The notes under the pieces were generated by a model. It made no database searches, had not been told where the DNA came from, and worked only from the letters and a program-made list of their open reading frames with translations. The position numbers were made by a program, and so were the translations under genes. A stretch of DNA of 32,000 nucleotides from Methanothermobacter thermautotrophicus str. Delta H (GTDB taxonomy: Archaea > Methanobacteriota > Methanobacteria > Methanobacteriales > Methanothermobacteraceae): the NCBI RefSeq assembly GCF_000008645.1, contig NC_000916.1, positions 900,001-932,000 of the forward strand, read 5' to 3'. This document shows, piece after piece, positions 19,632-30,236 of this stretch; positions within the stretch are counted from its first letter, which is position 1; each line of letters starts with the position of its first letter.

Positions 19632-19821
19632 ACTCCATCACAAACCTACTTTTCATGGGTGCTAACTTCAATTATTCTAAAGGTACCCCCTCAAAATGCA
19701 TCTTCTGTAATAGTTACATATAGGGTATAAGTTTATATGGCATGAATTACACATATATCCATATGAACATGGCAGTCCCCATGTATTAATCCCATGAAAA
19801 ATTTTTAAAGGAGGCGAATTT

Positions 19822-21393
19822 TTGGCGAGGCAAGCTTTGGATCTCTTTGATGAAGGATTCCAGGAACTCACTCCATCAGAATTCTTCAGAAAAAACAAGC
19901 AGATGCTTGGTTTTACCGGGAAAATAAGGTCACTTACAATAGTGTTCCATGAACTCATAACCAACAGCTTTGACGCTGCCGAAGAGGCAGGTATACTCCC
20001 TGAGATCAAAATAGATCTCAAGAGAATCGGGAAGGACCATTACATCCTGAGACACCAGGACAACGGCCCGGGTATACCTGAAAAGTACATCCCAAAGGTC
20101 TTCTGTACCATGTTCGCAGGGTCAAAGTTCAGGAACATCCAGTCCAGGGGACAGCAGGGACTCGGATGCAGTGGCTGTGTGCTGCTATCACAGATGACCA
20201 CAGGTAAACCCGTGAAGGTCATCTCAGGTACAATGGAAAACGGGGAACTCAAGGGGGTCAAAATGACCCTCAAGATGGATGTTAAAAAGAACCAGGGCCT
20301 CATACTCGAAAAGGAGGAAGTCGAAGTCGATGGTACCGGTGTCTGCATAGAACTCCACTTCAAGGACGTCTCCTACTCACTCTCAGAACAGGGAGCCTAC
20401 GAGTACATAAGGAGGACAATGATAGCCAACCCCCATGCCAGGATAGTATTCAATGACCCAACCGGAAACCGTTACGTCTTCAACAGGGCATCCGACGTCA
20501 TACCCCCAATGCCAAAGGAGGTCCTCCCCCACCCATGGGGTGTCACCGCCGATGACCTTATATTCATGGCAAAGCACACCGATAAAAGGCGGTTCGGGAG
20601 CATGCTGAAAAGCAACCTCTCAAGGATGTCCTCCATGAAGATCAAGGAACTGGAGGAACTGACAGGGATAGACCTCAACAAAAGACCGAAGGACATGAAG
20701 TGGGAGGAGGCCGAGCAGATAGTTGAGGCCTTCAAGAAGATGAAATTCATGTCACCCCCGACCTCCGGCCTCATACCCATCGGAGAGGAGCAGATTGATA
20801 AGGGTATGAAGGAGATACTCCAGCCAGAGTTCACAGCAACGGTAACAAGGAAGCCAAAAACCTACCGTGGGGGTATAGCCTTCATAGTTGAGGCAGGTAT
20901 CGCCTACGGTGGAAACTCCGGCAGACTGGTCGGTGACCAGAGAAAGGCTGAGATAATGAGGTTCGCCAACAGGGTACCCCTCACCTTCGACGCCGGAAGC
21001 TGTGCCATAACAGAGGGTGTTAAGAGCCTCGACTGGAAGCGTTACGGCATAAGGGACCTTGAAAATGCACCCATAAGCATATTCGTCAATGTGGTGTCAA
21101 CCAACGTCCCCTACCTGTCAACGGGTAAGCAGAGTGTGTCACCTGAACCCGAGATACTCGGGGAGATCAGGCAGGCCACCATGATAGTTGCAAGGAAGCT
21201 CCACAAGTACCTCAGGAAGAAGAAGGCAGCCAAGGAGGAGGCGCAGAGGGCGAAGATCTTTGAGAGCTACGTGCCTGTGATCATAAAACAGGCCGCTCTC
21301 CTGGCTGAGCGGGAAGAACCCGATTACAGAGAACTGCTCGACACAGTTACAAGAAGGGCAAAACTTGAAATTCTGGGGGGAATCACTGAATGA
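19822..21393 (+). CDS. top6B: Type 2 DNA topoisomerase VI subunit B
   Basis: [43 protein letters not shown]; HQDNGPGIP; [20 protein letters not shown] ATPase motifs. TTG start after AAAGGAGG. Confidence 0.97.
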   Translation: MARQALDLFDEGFQELTPSEFFRKNKQMLGFTGKIRSLTIVFHELITNSFDAAEEAGILPEIKIDLKRIGKDHYILRHQDNGPGIPEKYIPKVFCTMFAGSKFRNIQSRGQQGLGCSGCVLLSQMTTGKPVKVISGTMENGELKGVKMTLKMDVKKNQGLILEKEEVEVDGTGVCIELHFKDVSYSLSEQGAYEYIRRTMIANPHARIVFNDPTGNRYVFNRASDVIPPMPKEVLPHPWGVTADDLIFMAKHTDKRRFGSMLKSNLSRMSSMKIKELEELTGIDLNKRPKDMKWEEAEQIVEAFKKMKFMSPPTSGLIPIGEEQIDKGMKEILQPEFTATVTRKPKTYRGGIAFIVEAGIAYGGNSGRLVGDQRKAEIMRFANRVPLTFDAGSCAITEGVKSLDWKRYGIRDLENAPISIFVNVVSTNVPYLSTGKQSVSPEPEILGEIRQATMIVARKLHKYLRKKKAAKEEAQRAKIFESYVPVIIKQAALLAEREEPDYRELLDTVTRRAKLEILGGITE

Positions 21394-22451
21394 ATAGAAG
21401 GGAAATAGCCATTAACAAACTCAAAAGTCTTGGAGACGTTATACTCGATGATGTGACCCAGGGGAGAATCCCCAGGATAAAGGTTCCATCAAGGGGCACA
21501 TCCAACATAATCTATGATGAAGATAAGAGGCACTACGTCCTCGGAGACCGATACGGTACACGTTCAATGGGTAACGTTAAGCAGATCAAGAAGATAGGGC
21601 AGATGCTCTACACAGCCAACTTCTGCAAGGACCTCGTGGCGAGGGAGAAAACAGCCACCCTCAGGGAACTCTACTACATCTCAGAGGGTTGGGAGGTGGA
21701 CTTTGCAGACCAGCAGGAGTCCAACATCGTTGGTGAGGACCTTGAGGTCACCCTGGGCATGACCAGGGAGGAACTGGGCCTCATGCCAGAGGAGGACGGA
21801 GCGTCCGTCTACGGGGCCCTGACTGTCCGTGAGGGTGATATTGAAATAGACGCCCTCCGATCAGGTAAATCAGGCTACAACATATCCCCAACCATCGATG
21901 AGGTTGAATTTGTGGACCATGACGTTGAACGTGTCATTGCAGTTGAGACAATGGGTATGTTCCACCGTCTCGTTCAGGAGAAGGCCTACAAGAAGTTTGA
22001 TGCCCTCATAGTCGGACTGAAGGGTCAGGCTGCAAGGGCAACAAGGAGGTTCATCAAGAGGGTCAACGAGGAACTCAACCTCCCGGTTTACATCTGCAAC
22101 GACGGAGACCCATGGGGATTCCATATCGCCATGGTCATAATCTCAGGCAGTGCAAAACTCGCCCATGTGAACCATCAGCTTGCAACCCCGGATGCAAAGT
22201 TCCTGGGTGTGACTGCAAGTGACATAATAAACTATGACCTTCCAACTGATCCTCTCAAGGATGTCGATGTTGTAAGGCTCAAGGAGCTCCTCCAAGACCC
22301 CAGATACAGGGGTGATTTCTGGAAGACAGAAATCAAGAAGATGCTCACCATCGGTAAGAAGGCAGAACAGCAGTCCTTCTCAAAGTATGGTCTTGAGTAT
22401 GTTGTAGATACCTATCTGCCAGAGAAACTCGAGGCTGTGGAGAACCAGTAG
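21390..22451 (+). CDS. top6A: Type 2 DNA topoisomerase VI subunit A (Spo11-like)
   Basis: [23 protein letters not shown] catalytic Tyr region; [29 protein letters not shown] Toprim motif. ATGA overlap with top6B. Confidence 0.97.
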   Translation: MNRREIAINKLKSLGDVILDDVTQGRIPRIKVPSRGTSNIIYDEDKRHYVLGDRYGTRSMGNVKQIKKIGQMLYTANFCKDLVAREKTATLRELYYISEGWEVDFADQQESNIVGEDLEVTLGMTREELGLMPEEDGASVYGALTVREGDIEIDALRSGKSGYNISPTIDEVEFVDHDVERVIAVETMGMFHRLVQEKAYKKFDALIVGLKGQAARATRRFIKRVNEELNLPVYICNDGDPWGFHIAMVIISGSAKLAHVNHQLATPDAKFLGVTASDIINYDLPTDPLKDVDVVRLKELLQDPRYRGDFWKTEIKKMLTIGKKAEQQSFSKYGLEYVVDTYLPEKLEAVENQ

Positions 22452-22466
22452 CTGAAGCATCTTAAA

Positions 22467-22591
22467 TTTTTATTTTTTAGACACAATCTTTTTTTCAAGA
22501 AAAAACTGATCGCTGCTAACCAGCTTTTATTTTAGACACATAATCTTTTTTTTCAAGAAAACTGATTGCTACTGATCGCTGCTAACCAGCT
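22467..22591. repeat. Two tandem imperfect ~58-67 bp direct repeats with poly-T tracts downstream of top6A
   Basis: Copy 1 (22467-22524) ttttattttttagacacaatctttttttcaagaaaaaactgatcgctgctaaccagct; copy 2 (22525-22591) tttattttagacacataatcttttttttcaagaaaactgattgctactgatcgctgctaaccagct. Confidence 0.85.
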
Positions 22592-22755
22592 GAACAATAA
22601 CTGCGGTTTCTCTGTGGATGAAGCTGCACCCCCTATTTCCTTTAAATCCCGGGTCCTTAGAGGTATCCTTTTCCCTCAGAAGCCCATGAGAAGCATTAAA
22701 GATTATCACGGGAACCCCTGATCCCGGATCCGCCATTCACCGCACTTTTAGATAA

Positions 22756-22768
22756 GTATATAAAATAA
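22756..22768 (+). promoter_or_regulatory. Probable TATA box of gap
   Basis: AGTATATAAAATA about 100 nt upstream of the gap start; GGAGGT Shine-Dalgarno immediately before ATG 22858. Confidence 0.55.
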
Positions 22769-22857
22769 TCCATTAAAAATAGTATCAGGTTAGGAATTTA
22801 AACTCAAAGAGGTTTCCCTGGGAACAGCGTTTTTCAGGGGATAGGAGGTTTTTTTAA

Positions 22858-23871
22858 ATGATATCTGTAGCCATTAACGGGTATGGGACAATAGGAAAGA
22901 GAGTTGCTGATGCTGTAGCTGCCCAGGACGACATGAAGGTCGCTGGTGTCAGCAAAACAAAACCTGATTTTGAGGCGAGGGTTGCAATCGAGAAGGGATA
23001 CGACCTCTACGTCAGCATCCCTGAACGTGAGAAGCTCTTCGGCGAAGCCGGCATACCTGTGAGCGGTACCGTGGAGGATATGCTGGAGGAAGCAGATATA
23101 GTGGTTGATGCAACACCTGAGGGTATAGGTGCAAAGAACCTTGAAATGTACAGGGAGAAGGGCATAAAGGCCATATTCCAGGGCGGTGAAAAACACGACG
23201 CCATAGGATTATCCTTCAACTCATTTGCAAACTACGATGAATCCCTTGGAGCCGACTATACCCGTGTGGTTTCATGCAACACAACAGGACTCTGCAGAAC
23301 CCTCAAACCCATCGATGACCTCTGCGGCATAAAGAAGGTGAGGGCTGTTATGGTGAGGAGGGGTGCCGACCCCGTACAGGTCAAAAAGGGACCGATAAAC
23401 GCCATAGTACCTAACCCTCCAACCGTGCCATCACACCACGGCCCCGACCTCAAGACCGTCATGAAGGGCGTTAACATCCACACGGTGGCCCTCCTGGTCC
23501 CAACAACACTGATGCACCAGCACAACATAATGGTTGAACTTGAGGATCCCGTTGAGGCCGATGAGATAAAGGCCCGGCTCGATGAGACCACGAGGGTCAT
23601 GCTTGTCAGGGCCTCTGAGGGTCTCGCATCAACGGCTGAGATAATGGAGTACGCCAAGGAACTTGGAAGGTCAAGGAACGACCTCTTCGAGATACCTGTA
23701 TGGGAGGAGTCAATAAACGTTGTTGACGGGGAACTCTTCTATATGCAGGCCGTCCACCAGGAGTCAGATGCTGTGCCCGAGAGTGTGGATGCCATAAGGG
23801 CACTCCTGGAGCTCGAGGAGGACAACATGAAGTCCATCATGAAGACCAACAGGGCCATGGGCATCCTCTAA
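22858..23871 (+). CDS. gap: Archaeal type II glyceraldehyde-3-phosphate dehydrogenase
   Basis: [17 protein letters not shown]; [14 protein letters not shown] active-site Cys; [18 protein letters not shown]. Confidence 0.97.
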   Translation: MISVAINGYGTIGKRVADAVAAQDDMKVAGVSKTKPDFEARVAIEKGYDLYVSIPEREKLFGEAGIPVSGTVEDMLEEADIVVDATPEGIGAKNLEMYREKGIKAIFQGGEKHDAIGLSFNSFANYDESLGADYTRVVSCNTTGLCRTLKPIDDLCGIKKVRAVMVRRGADPVQVKKGPINAIVPNPPTVPSHHGPDLKTVMKGVNIHTVALLVPTTLMHQHNIMVELEDPVEADEIKARLDETTRVMLVRASEGLASTAEIMEYAKELGRSRNDLFEIPVWEESINVVDGELFYMQAVHQESDAVPESVDAIRALLELEEDNMKSIMKTNRAMGIL

Positions 23872-23891
23872 ATCTCCCCCTCTTTTTTATA

Positions 23892-24731
23892 GTGGTGTTA
23901 TTTTTGATAAGGGTTGGTCCGGCTGGTAACCCTGTTGGTTACCGTGGAAGCACCGTCAATGTCTTCAGCAAGATCAGAGCCATGGGACTGGACGCCTACG
24001 AGTACCAGGCAACCTATGGCCTCAGGTTAAAGAAAGAGAACGCCATCAGGATCGGAGAGAACTCCAGGAAGAATGACATCCTTGTCTCGATGCACGGACC
24101 ATACTACATAAACCTCTCATCGGCCAGGAAGGAAACCGTTGAAAAATCCATTGAACGCCTATTTGACTGTGCCGTTGCAGCGGAACTGATGGGAGCCTAC
24201 AGGATCGTATTCCACCCCGGATTCTATGGCGAGCATGGGAGATCAGGGGCCCTTGGACTCTGCATCAAAGCCCTGGATGAACTCATCGAGCGCCTGCATG
24301 GTGCAGGTATCAGGGAATTCACCCTTGCACCTGAGACAACCGGTAAGAGGTCACAGGTTGGAAGCCTTGATGAGATAATAAAGCTTTCAGAGGAATTCGA
24401 TGAGGTCATGCCCACCATAGACTTTGCACACATACATGCAAGGGGCGGTGGATGCATAAGGGATGCCTCCAGTTACAGGGGGATACTTGAGAGAATCGAG
24501 TCCAGGCTCGGATCCCATCACCTACACTGCCACTTCACAGGGATAGAGTACACCGACGCCGGGGAGAGGAAGCATCACAGCCTCTCTGAGGGCTACGGGC
24601 CTCCCATAGAGCCCCTCATAGAGGTTCTTGTGGATGGTGGGTGGGATGCCACCATAATCTCTGAGACACCGATGAAGGACACTGATGCCAGGAAAATAAA
24701 GGGCATCATCAAGGAATACCTCGAGAGATAA
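23892..24731 (+). CDS. Endonuclease IV-like / xylose-isomerase-fold TIM-barrel protein
   Basis: VSMHGPYYINLSS; RIVFHPGFYGEHG; TLAPETTGKRSQVGSLDEIIKLSEEFDEVMPTIDFAHIHARGGG; HCHFTGIEY. Start uncertain (GTG 23892 or TTG 23904). Confidence 0.82.
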   Translation: MVLFLIRVGPAGNPVGYRGSTVNVFSKIRAMGLDAYEYQATYGLRLKKENAIRIGENSRKNDILVSMHGPYYINLSSARKETVEKSIERLFDCAVAAELMGAYRIVFHPGFYGEHGRSGALGLCIKALDELIERLHGAGIREFTLAPETTGKRSQVGSLDEIIKLSEEFDEVMPTIDFAHIHARGGGCIRDASSYRGILERIESRLGSHHLHCHFTGIEYTDAGERKHHSLSEGYGPPIEPLIEVLVDGGWDATIISETPMKDTDARKIKGIIKEYLER

Positions 24732-24873
24732 GGAATACCTCCAGGAAATGATGGTAACTAACTTGAATCATCTGACCTAAAGGTTTATACAGACAACTGC
24801 ACAATTTATCTATGATGACCTTGTTTCTGAGATATATCACAGTATCAGAATTTGTTTCTGAAGAACAGGTGAT

Positions 24874-25992
24874 GTGGTGAAATTCAACAATATAATCTAT
24901 GACCCCCAGGTATCCGATAAAAAGTTTCCAGTGCAGGCATCAGACCCTGAAAGGGAGGCTAAACTTGTTGTGCTGCAGCCAGTTGGATACCCCTTTGTAT
25001 GCAACCTCATGGAGGCTCCGAGGATAGACGCTGTTAACAAGGAGCTCTTTGAGATATACGCCAGGGACCAGTGGGAGGGTTTCAGGGCAGCTGAGGGTTC
25101 ATACCTCTTTGACCAGAAGCTGCTCCCTGACTATGCCTTCAAGATAATAAGGGCCCATCCTGACGGTTCAAAGATAACCAGGAACACCTCAATAATACTC
25201 CTGGAGAATGATCGGGAGGAATTCCATGAGGTCAGGAGCAGCATCACCATGGATGACGTTATTGGGCAGGAGGACGCCAAGATAAAGTGCAGGATAATCA
25301 TGAAGTACCTTGAAGATCCGGACCGCTTCAGGGACTGGGCCCCCAGGAACGTTCTCTTCCATGGAAGCCCGGGGACAGGTAAGACGATGCTTGCAAAGTC
25401 CCTTGCAAATGAACTGAAGGTCCCCCTCTACCTCATAAAGGCCACGAGCCTCATAGGGGAACATGTTGGTGATGGCGCAAGGCAGATACATGAACTCTAT
25501 GAACTCGCATCAAAGACAGCCCCCTCAGTCATATTCATAGATGAAATGGATGCCATTGGCCTTGACAGGAGATACCAGTCCCTCCGTGGAGACGTCTCAG
25601 AGGTCGTCAACGCCCTCCTCACAGAGATGGATGGTATAAACCAGAACTGGGGTGTTGTAACAATAGGAGCCACCAACAACCCTGAACTGCTTGATAAGGC
25701 CATAAGGAGCCGTTTTGAGGAGGAAATTGAGTTCAAGCTGCCTGATGATGAGGAGAGAAAACTGATGCTTGAGAAGTACATTGAAACCATGCCCCTCAAG
25801 GTGGATTTCCCTGTTGACAAACTTGTCAAGCTCACCAGGGAAATGTCAGGAAGGGATATAAAGGACAGGGTTCTTAAGACAGCCCTCCACCGGGCCATAG
25901 CAGAGGACAGCGAATCTGTTAGAGCCGAACACATAGAGTACGCCCTTAAGGAGCGTAAGGTCTCAGGCGAACCCAAACACATGTTTGCCTGA
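24874..25992 (+). CDS. Single-module AAA+ ATPase (proteasomal-ATPase/FtsH-like module) with an uncharacterised N-terminal domain
   Basis: [22 protein letters not shown] Walker A; [20 protein letters not shown] Walker B; [34 protein letters not shown] sensor/arginine region. Confidence 0.88.
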   Translation: MVKFNNIIYDPQVSDKKFPVQASDPEREAKLVVLQPVGYPFVCNLMEAPRIDAVNKELFEIYARDQWEGFRAAEGSYLFDQKLLPDYAFKIIRAHPDGSKITRNTSIILLENDREEFHEVRSSITMDDVIGQEDAKIKCRIIMKYLEDPDRFRDWAPRNVLFHGSPGTGKTMLAKSLANELKVPLYLIKATSLIGEHVGDGARQIHELYELASKTAPSVIFIDEMDAIGLDRRYQSLRGDVSEVVNALLTEMDGINQNWGVVTIGATNNPELLDKAIRSRFEEEIEFKLPDDEERKLMLEKYIETMPLKVDFPVDKLVKLTREMSGRDIKDRVLKTALHRAIAEDSESVRAEHIEYALKERKVSGEPKHMFA

Positions 25993-26031
25993 AACTTTTT
26001 TATTTACAGAGATAGCCTTTTACAGAGAAAT

Positions 26032-26093
26032 AGCCGTTAAGCAATTATCTACTAGCTTTTTCACTTACAGAAAAAGAATAGCTTTAACGGGCT
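26032..26093. terminator. Nested inverted repeat between convergent genes, candidate bidirectional terminator or processing structure
   Basis: Inner perfect 7-bp stem CTTTTTC(26056-62)/GAAAAAG(26070-76) with 7-nt loop; outer arms AGCCGTTAAGC (26032-42)/GCTTTAACGGGCT (26081-93) pair over 11 bp with two single-nt bulges. Confidence 0.5.
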
Positions 26094-26130
26094 TACACCG
26101 CACAGAAAGAATAATCTTCTTAAGAGTTCC

Positions 26131-27333
26131 TCATTTTAGATCTTTGCAGTTAAAGAGCTTTGCGCACATGCTCAGAAATTCCTCATCGCCCCTCTCAGCC
26201 GCCTGCCGGATGCTGATGGCTATATCATGGAATATCTTATCCACGATGGACCTGCTGAGGGCCTCAATAACCCCCTCAGGGTCAGAGGAGTTCATGATCT
26301 TATTGAGGGCCCTTTCTGCCTCGCGCCTGCGGAGTGACTCCATATTGCCCCTCACCTCTGCAAGGAGGGGTTCAACCTCCATGTGTTTGAGGGACCTCAG
26401 GAGGAGCTTAAGTTCACCTTCAACAATTCTTTCAGCCTCCCTCGCCTCTGCCTCCCTCCTTCTCCGGTTCTCTTCCGCCACTCCCCTCAGATCATCGATT
26501 GTGAAGAGTCTGATGCCAAGTTCTCTTACCGACTCCTCTATGTCACGTGGGTTGGCTATGTCCACCATGACCACAGCGGATCTCCTCTCCGGAGGTATTG
26601 CGTCCCTGACACGTTCACGGGTCAGAATGTAGTGGGGTGAGCCTGTGGCACTGATAACAACGTCTGCGTCCCTGAGGGCCCTGTTGAGCCTGTCAAAGTG
26701 TATAGCATCTCCACCGAGTTCACATGCCAGCTGGTAGGCCCTCTCATAGGTCCTGTTGGCCACCATTATGGCGCTGAGGTGCTTCTCTGCAAGTGCCCTT
26801 GCAACGAGGGTCCCCATCTTACCTGCCCCTATGGCAAGGACCTTCCTGCACTTCAGATCTCCGTGTATGGATTCTGCAAGGTCAACCGCTGCTGACCCTA
26901 TGGAAACAGAGCCCCTGTTTATCTGGGTCTTCCTCCTGACGGTCTGCCCCACATGGACTGCCTTGGTGAACACCATGTCCAGGACCGGGCCGCAGGTCCC
27001 TTCACGCAGGGCCTGAACCCTTGCAGCCTTTATCTGGCCGAGTATCTGGTCCTCCCCTATTATCATGGATTCAAGACCGGATGCGAGTCTCAGGATATGT
27101 CTGAGGGCATCCTCATCCCCTTCAACCGTGAATCCATCGAACTCAAAGCCCGGGGGTATCTCCTGGACTGAAAGGTAGTATTCGATGCGGTTGCAGGTCC
27201 TTATTGGGACCTTCTCCATCACAGTTCCACTGGACTCAAGTTCAGCCACAATGGCCTCCATCCTCTCATGTGAGGACTCCATGGTCTTCACATCGGATGT
27301 CTTGTGGTCCAGCCTTATGTTGAGAATCACCTG
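26131..27333 (-). CDS. hemA: Glutamyl-tRNA reductase
   Basis: VPIRTCNRIEYYLSVQE; SGLESMIIGEDQILGQIKAARVQALREG; VLAIGAGKMGTLVARALAEKHLSAIMVANRTYERAYQLACELGG; VVMVDIANPRDIE. Confidence 0.96.
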   Translation of the reverse strand, partial: QVILNIRLDHKTSDVKTMESSHERMEAIVAELESSGTVMEKVPIRTCNRIEYYLSVQEIPPGFEFDGFTVEGDEDALRHILRLASGLESMIIGEDQILGQIKAARVQALREGTCGPVLDMVFTKAVHVGQTVRRKTQINRGSVSIGSAAVDLAESIHGDLKCRKVLAIGAGKMGTLVARALAEKHLSAIMVANRTYERAYQLACELGGDAIHFDRLNRALRDADVVISATGSPHYILTRERVRDAIPPERRSAVVMVDIANPRDIEESVRELGIRLFTIDDLRGVAEENRRRREAEAREAERIVEGELKLLLRSLKHMEVEPLLAEVRGNMESLRRREAERALNKIMNSSDPEGVIEALSRSIVDKIFHDIAISIRQAAERGDEEFLSMCAKLFNCKDLK

Positions 27334-27947
27334 CAACACCCCAGCCGTTCCCTGATTATGATTTCAGCCCTTTCAACTGCCCCATCAAGGTCTCCCCCTT
27401 CAATCATCTCCCTCACCCCGGGGTCCTCTGAAATTTCATAGAGTATCCTGCGCCTCTTCCTGTGATCACCGGCCTCACCCATTAGAATCCTCCTTGCCCT
27501 GTCCTGGACCTCGATCATGAGGAGGTCCTGGGGGCTGATGGCCTCCTGGATCCTCTCCCTCAGATACCTTGCCATGAGGGGGCTCTTTGTCCCCGTGAAG
27601 ATCGATACTGAAACCTCTCCAATGTTGAAGGTGGCCGGGACCACGACGTTACCCCTTGAGGGATCATCTGCCCTGTTTATCAGTTTACCGCCTGCAAGTT
27701 CAGTCACCCTTTCATTCAGGTCTCCGTCAGGACTTGCTGCCACTATGAGGTCGGCCCACTCCACCCAGTACTCAAGGTCGTCCTCCCTGGCAGGAATGGT
27801 TCCCTCAATTTCTGATGTGCCGATAACCGCGACCTCTGCTCCTGCTTTAAGGAATCTTTCAGCCCTCCTCCTCCCCACCGTACCGGAGCCAACGATGAGG
27901 ACCCTTCTACCATCCATGTCTATGTAGATGGGTGTGAGGGACATCAT
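27327..27947 (-). CDS. Precorrin-2 dehydrogenase / siroheme synthase N-domain (Met8p/SirC-like)
   Basis: IYIDMDGRRVLIVGSGTVGRRRAERFLKAGAEVAVIG; LIVAASPDGDLNERVTELAGGKLINRADDPSRGNVVVPATFNIGEVSVSIFTGTKSPLMARYLRE. Confidence 0.92.
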   Translation of the reverse strand: MMSLTPIYIDMDGRRVLIVGSGTVGRRRAERFLKAGAEVAVIGTSEIEGTIPAREDDLEYWVEWADLIVAASPDGDLNERVTELAGGKLINRADDPSRGNVVVPATFNIGEVSVSIFTGTKSPLMARYLRERIQEAISPQDLLMIEVQDRARRILMGEAGDHRKRRRILYEISEDPGVREMIEGGDLDGAVERAEIIIRERLGCCR

Positions 27948-27955
27948 ATCATCCG

Positions 27956-28423
27956 TCAGAGGGACTTCATTCTCAGTATCTTCATTGCCGTCCTGAGGTC
28001 GTTGCCCGCATCCTCAAGGGCCTCCCTGGCCTCCTCGGGAGTTACGTCGAAGGCATCTGCCAGGGCCTTCACGCTCTCTGTGTCAGGTTCTGATGTGCCG
28101 ACAAGTTCCTCGGAGAGTTTCTTCTTGAGTTCCATGTACTCCTCGGTGCTCATGTTTATCCTCTTCATTGCCATGTCCCTCAGGGGGCATGGTTTTGATG
28201 GCTTGCAGCACCATACCAGGGATCCGAAGCATGTCCCCTGGCCCTCCCCGAGCCTTGTTCTCTTTGCAAATGACTCCTTGATTTCAATGTAATCCTGGGG
28301 TGTGAGCCCTGCCTCCTCGAGGGCTATCATTATGGGGCAGGGTTTAACCGGTGGGCAGCAGAAGGTGAGTGCCCTCTTATCACCACCCCTGCAAACATGG
28401 GATGGTGCATCGCTCCATACCAA
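27956..28423 (-). CDS. Methanogenesis marker protein 9-like Cys-rich protein with C-terminal UBA-like helices
   Basis: [31 protein letters not shown] ... [19 protein letters not shown]; C-terminus [37 protein letters not shown] start preceded by AAGGAGG. Family name is from memory. Confidence 0.72.
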   Translation of the reverse strand: MVWSDAPSHVCRGGDKRALTFCCPPVKPCPIMIALEEAGLTPQDYIEIKESFAKRTRLGEGQGTCFGSLVWCCKPSKPCPLRDMAMKRINMSTEEYMELKKKLSEELVGTSEPDTESVKALADAFDVTPEEAREALEDAGNDLRTAMKILRMKSL

Positions 28424-28550
28424 ACAAAGTCCTCCTTTATTAACTATATTTACTATTAATAAAACATCATGGTTAACAGATACTTTAATGGCTTTAATTA
28501 CAGTTTAATAAATAAATAAATTGTGGTTCCCCTGATTAAGAGGGGTCTAT

Positions 28551-30143
28551 TTACTCCCTGAACATCTTACTCTTCTCATCGGGTGTGAGGTCACCGACGA
28601 TTGACTCGGGGTCACCTGTCTTTAGAATCCTGCCGCCCCTCATGAGGGATGCCCTGTCACATACATCCAGTACAAAGTCCATGTCATGGGATATTATGAG
28701 GAATGTCTGATTCAGTTCCTCCCTTGCCTTGAGGATTGAATCTGTGACCTGCACCCTGGTTATGGGGTCCATTGTACCTGTCGGCTCGTCAAGTATTATT
28801 ATGCGTGGCTCCTTGATGAGGACCTGGGCAAGGGCGACCCTGTGCCTCTCACCACCTGAAAGTTCATCCGGATATTTGTTCAGGATGCTCTCGGCGTATT
28901 TATCGTCGAAGCCAACCGTCTTCAGGACGTATACAGCCCTCATCTTTGCGAATTCATCGGGCAGCTCCAGGCTTATGGCCTCTGTGAGGTTGCCCAGAAC
29001 ATCCCTGTGGGGGTAGAGGCTGTACTCCTGGTGCAGTATTCCAAGGTAGGGTGTTACACGGCCACGGCCGAGGGGTCCCTTCTCGGTCATGTCAATCCAT
29101 TCATCACCGAGCCTCACACAGACCTTCCCGCTGCTGGGCTCTGTGATACCTATTATTATCCTGGATAGGGTTGTCTTCCCGGCACCGCTTAGGCCAACAA
29201 CACCAAAGATCTCGCCCTCATAGACCGTGAGGTCAACCCCATCAACTGCCTTAACAACACCCCTGTCAATGGAGTAGTAGTGTTTCTTGACATCAACCAT
29301 CTTTATTATGGGGTTTTCCTGCTCGAATTCCTTGGCCTTTTCAGGGGCGGGTACCTGTTCCATGAACCTGGCCACCACTGTGTCCGGGTCTCCCTCCTCA
29401 ACAATTTCGCCCTTCTCGATCCATATGGCGTAGTCTGAGAGGTCGCTCATGACCTCTGGCCAGTGGGAGGTTATGATCATTGTGATGCCCTTGTCCTTGA
29501 CACCCTCAAGGAGTGCGTCGTGTATGAGTTCCGCTGTCTGGGGGTCCAGTGTACCTGTTGGTTCATCTGCCAGGAAGAGCATGGGTTCCTTTGCAAGCTG
29601 TCTTGCGAGTACGACCCTCTGTTTTTCACCACCACTCAGGTCCCTTGCAATGTGGGTTATCCTGTGGCCCATCTGAGTCATCTCAAGGAGCTCCAGGGCC
29701 CGGTAGAGGGCTGCCTCATATTCAAGCTCGGGCATTGACTTTATGACGTTATCGATTACGGTGTCATCCTCATAAAGGGCGAAGGTCCTCTGCAGCATGA
29801 TGGCTATCCTTCTCCTCACAGCGGCGAATATCTTCTTGTCACAGTTCCAGAAATCGACCTCCTCCAGTGCAAAGCTTGATCCGCAGGAGCAGTTCCTGCC
29901 ATCAAAGGATGGTGGCTCCACACGAAGGCATTCAGGACATATGGCGACGTTGTAGATCACCCGACCGCTGTCTGGTCGGTACTCCTTCATACCACGGAGC
30001 ATGTTGATGAGAACTGATTTTCCGGCTCCACTCCTTCCGAGTATACCCAGAACCTTGCCCTCATCGATTTCAACACTGATATCCCTTAGAACCTCAACAC
30101 CCTTAAACTTCTTTGTGACATTTTCCAGTTTTATGAAAGACAT
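28551..30143 (-). CDS. atwA: Methyl-coenzyme M reductase activation component A2 (tandem ABC ATPase)
   Basis: Two ABC modules: [17 protein letters not shown] / [34 protein letters not shown] and [18 protein letters not shown] / [34 protein letters not shown]. Cys-rich insert [26 protein letters not shown] before ATG 30143. Confidence 0.93.
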   Translation of the reverse strand: MSFIKLENVTKKFKGVEVLRDISVEIDEGKVLGILGRSGAGKSVLINMLRGMKEYRPDSGRVIYNVAICPECLRVEPPSFDGRNCSCGSSFALEEVDFWNCDKKIFAAVRRRIAIMLQRTFALYEDDTVIDNVIKSMPELEYEAALYRALELLEMTQMGHRITHIARDLSGGEKQRVVLARQLAKEPMLFLADEPTGTLDPQTAELIHDALLEGVKDKGITMIITSHWPEVMSDLSDYAIWIEKGEIVEEGDPDTVVARFMEQVPAPEKAKEFEQENPIIKMVDVKKHYYSIDRGVVKAVDGVDLTVYEGEIFGVVGLSGAGKTTLSRIIIGITEPSSGKVCVRLGDEWIDMTEKGPLGRGRVTPYLGILHQEYSLYPHRDVLGNLTEAISLELPDEFAKMRAVYVLKTVGFDDKYAESILNKYPDELSGGERHRVALAQVLIKEPRIIILDEPTGTMDPITRVQVTDSILKAREELNQTFLIISHDMDFVLDVCDRASLMRGGRILKTGDPESIVGDLTPDEKSKMFRE

Positions 30144-30236
30144 GTCCTCACCCTCAGTTACCAGAATCAACATTGTCAGTAAACATGAATCTGTATATTC
30201 TTTTGATGAAGCGACTATTAAAATTTTCCTAAATTT

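Noticed and set aside
25985-26632. 215-aa plus-strand ORF
   Set aside because: Mostly antisense to hemA, low-complexity Ser/Leu/Arg-rich composition typical of a shadow ORF; its first part covers the intergenic hairpin region.
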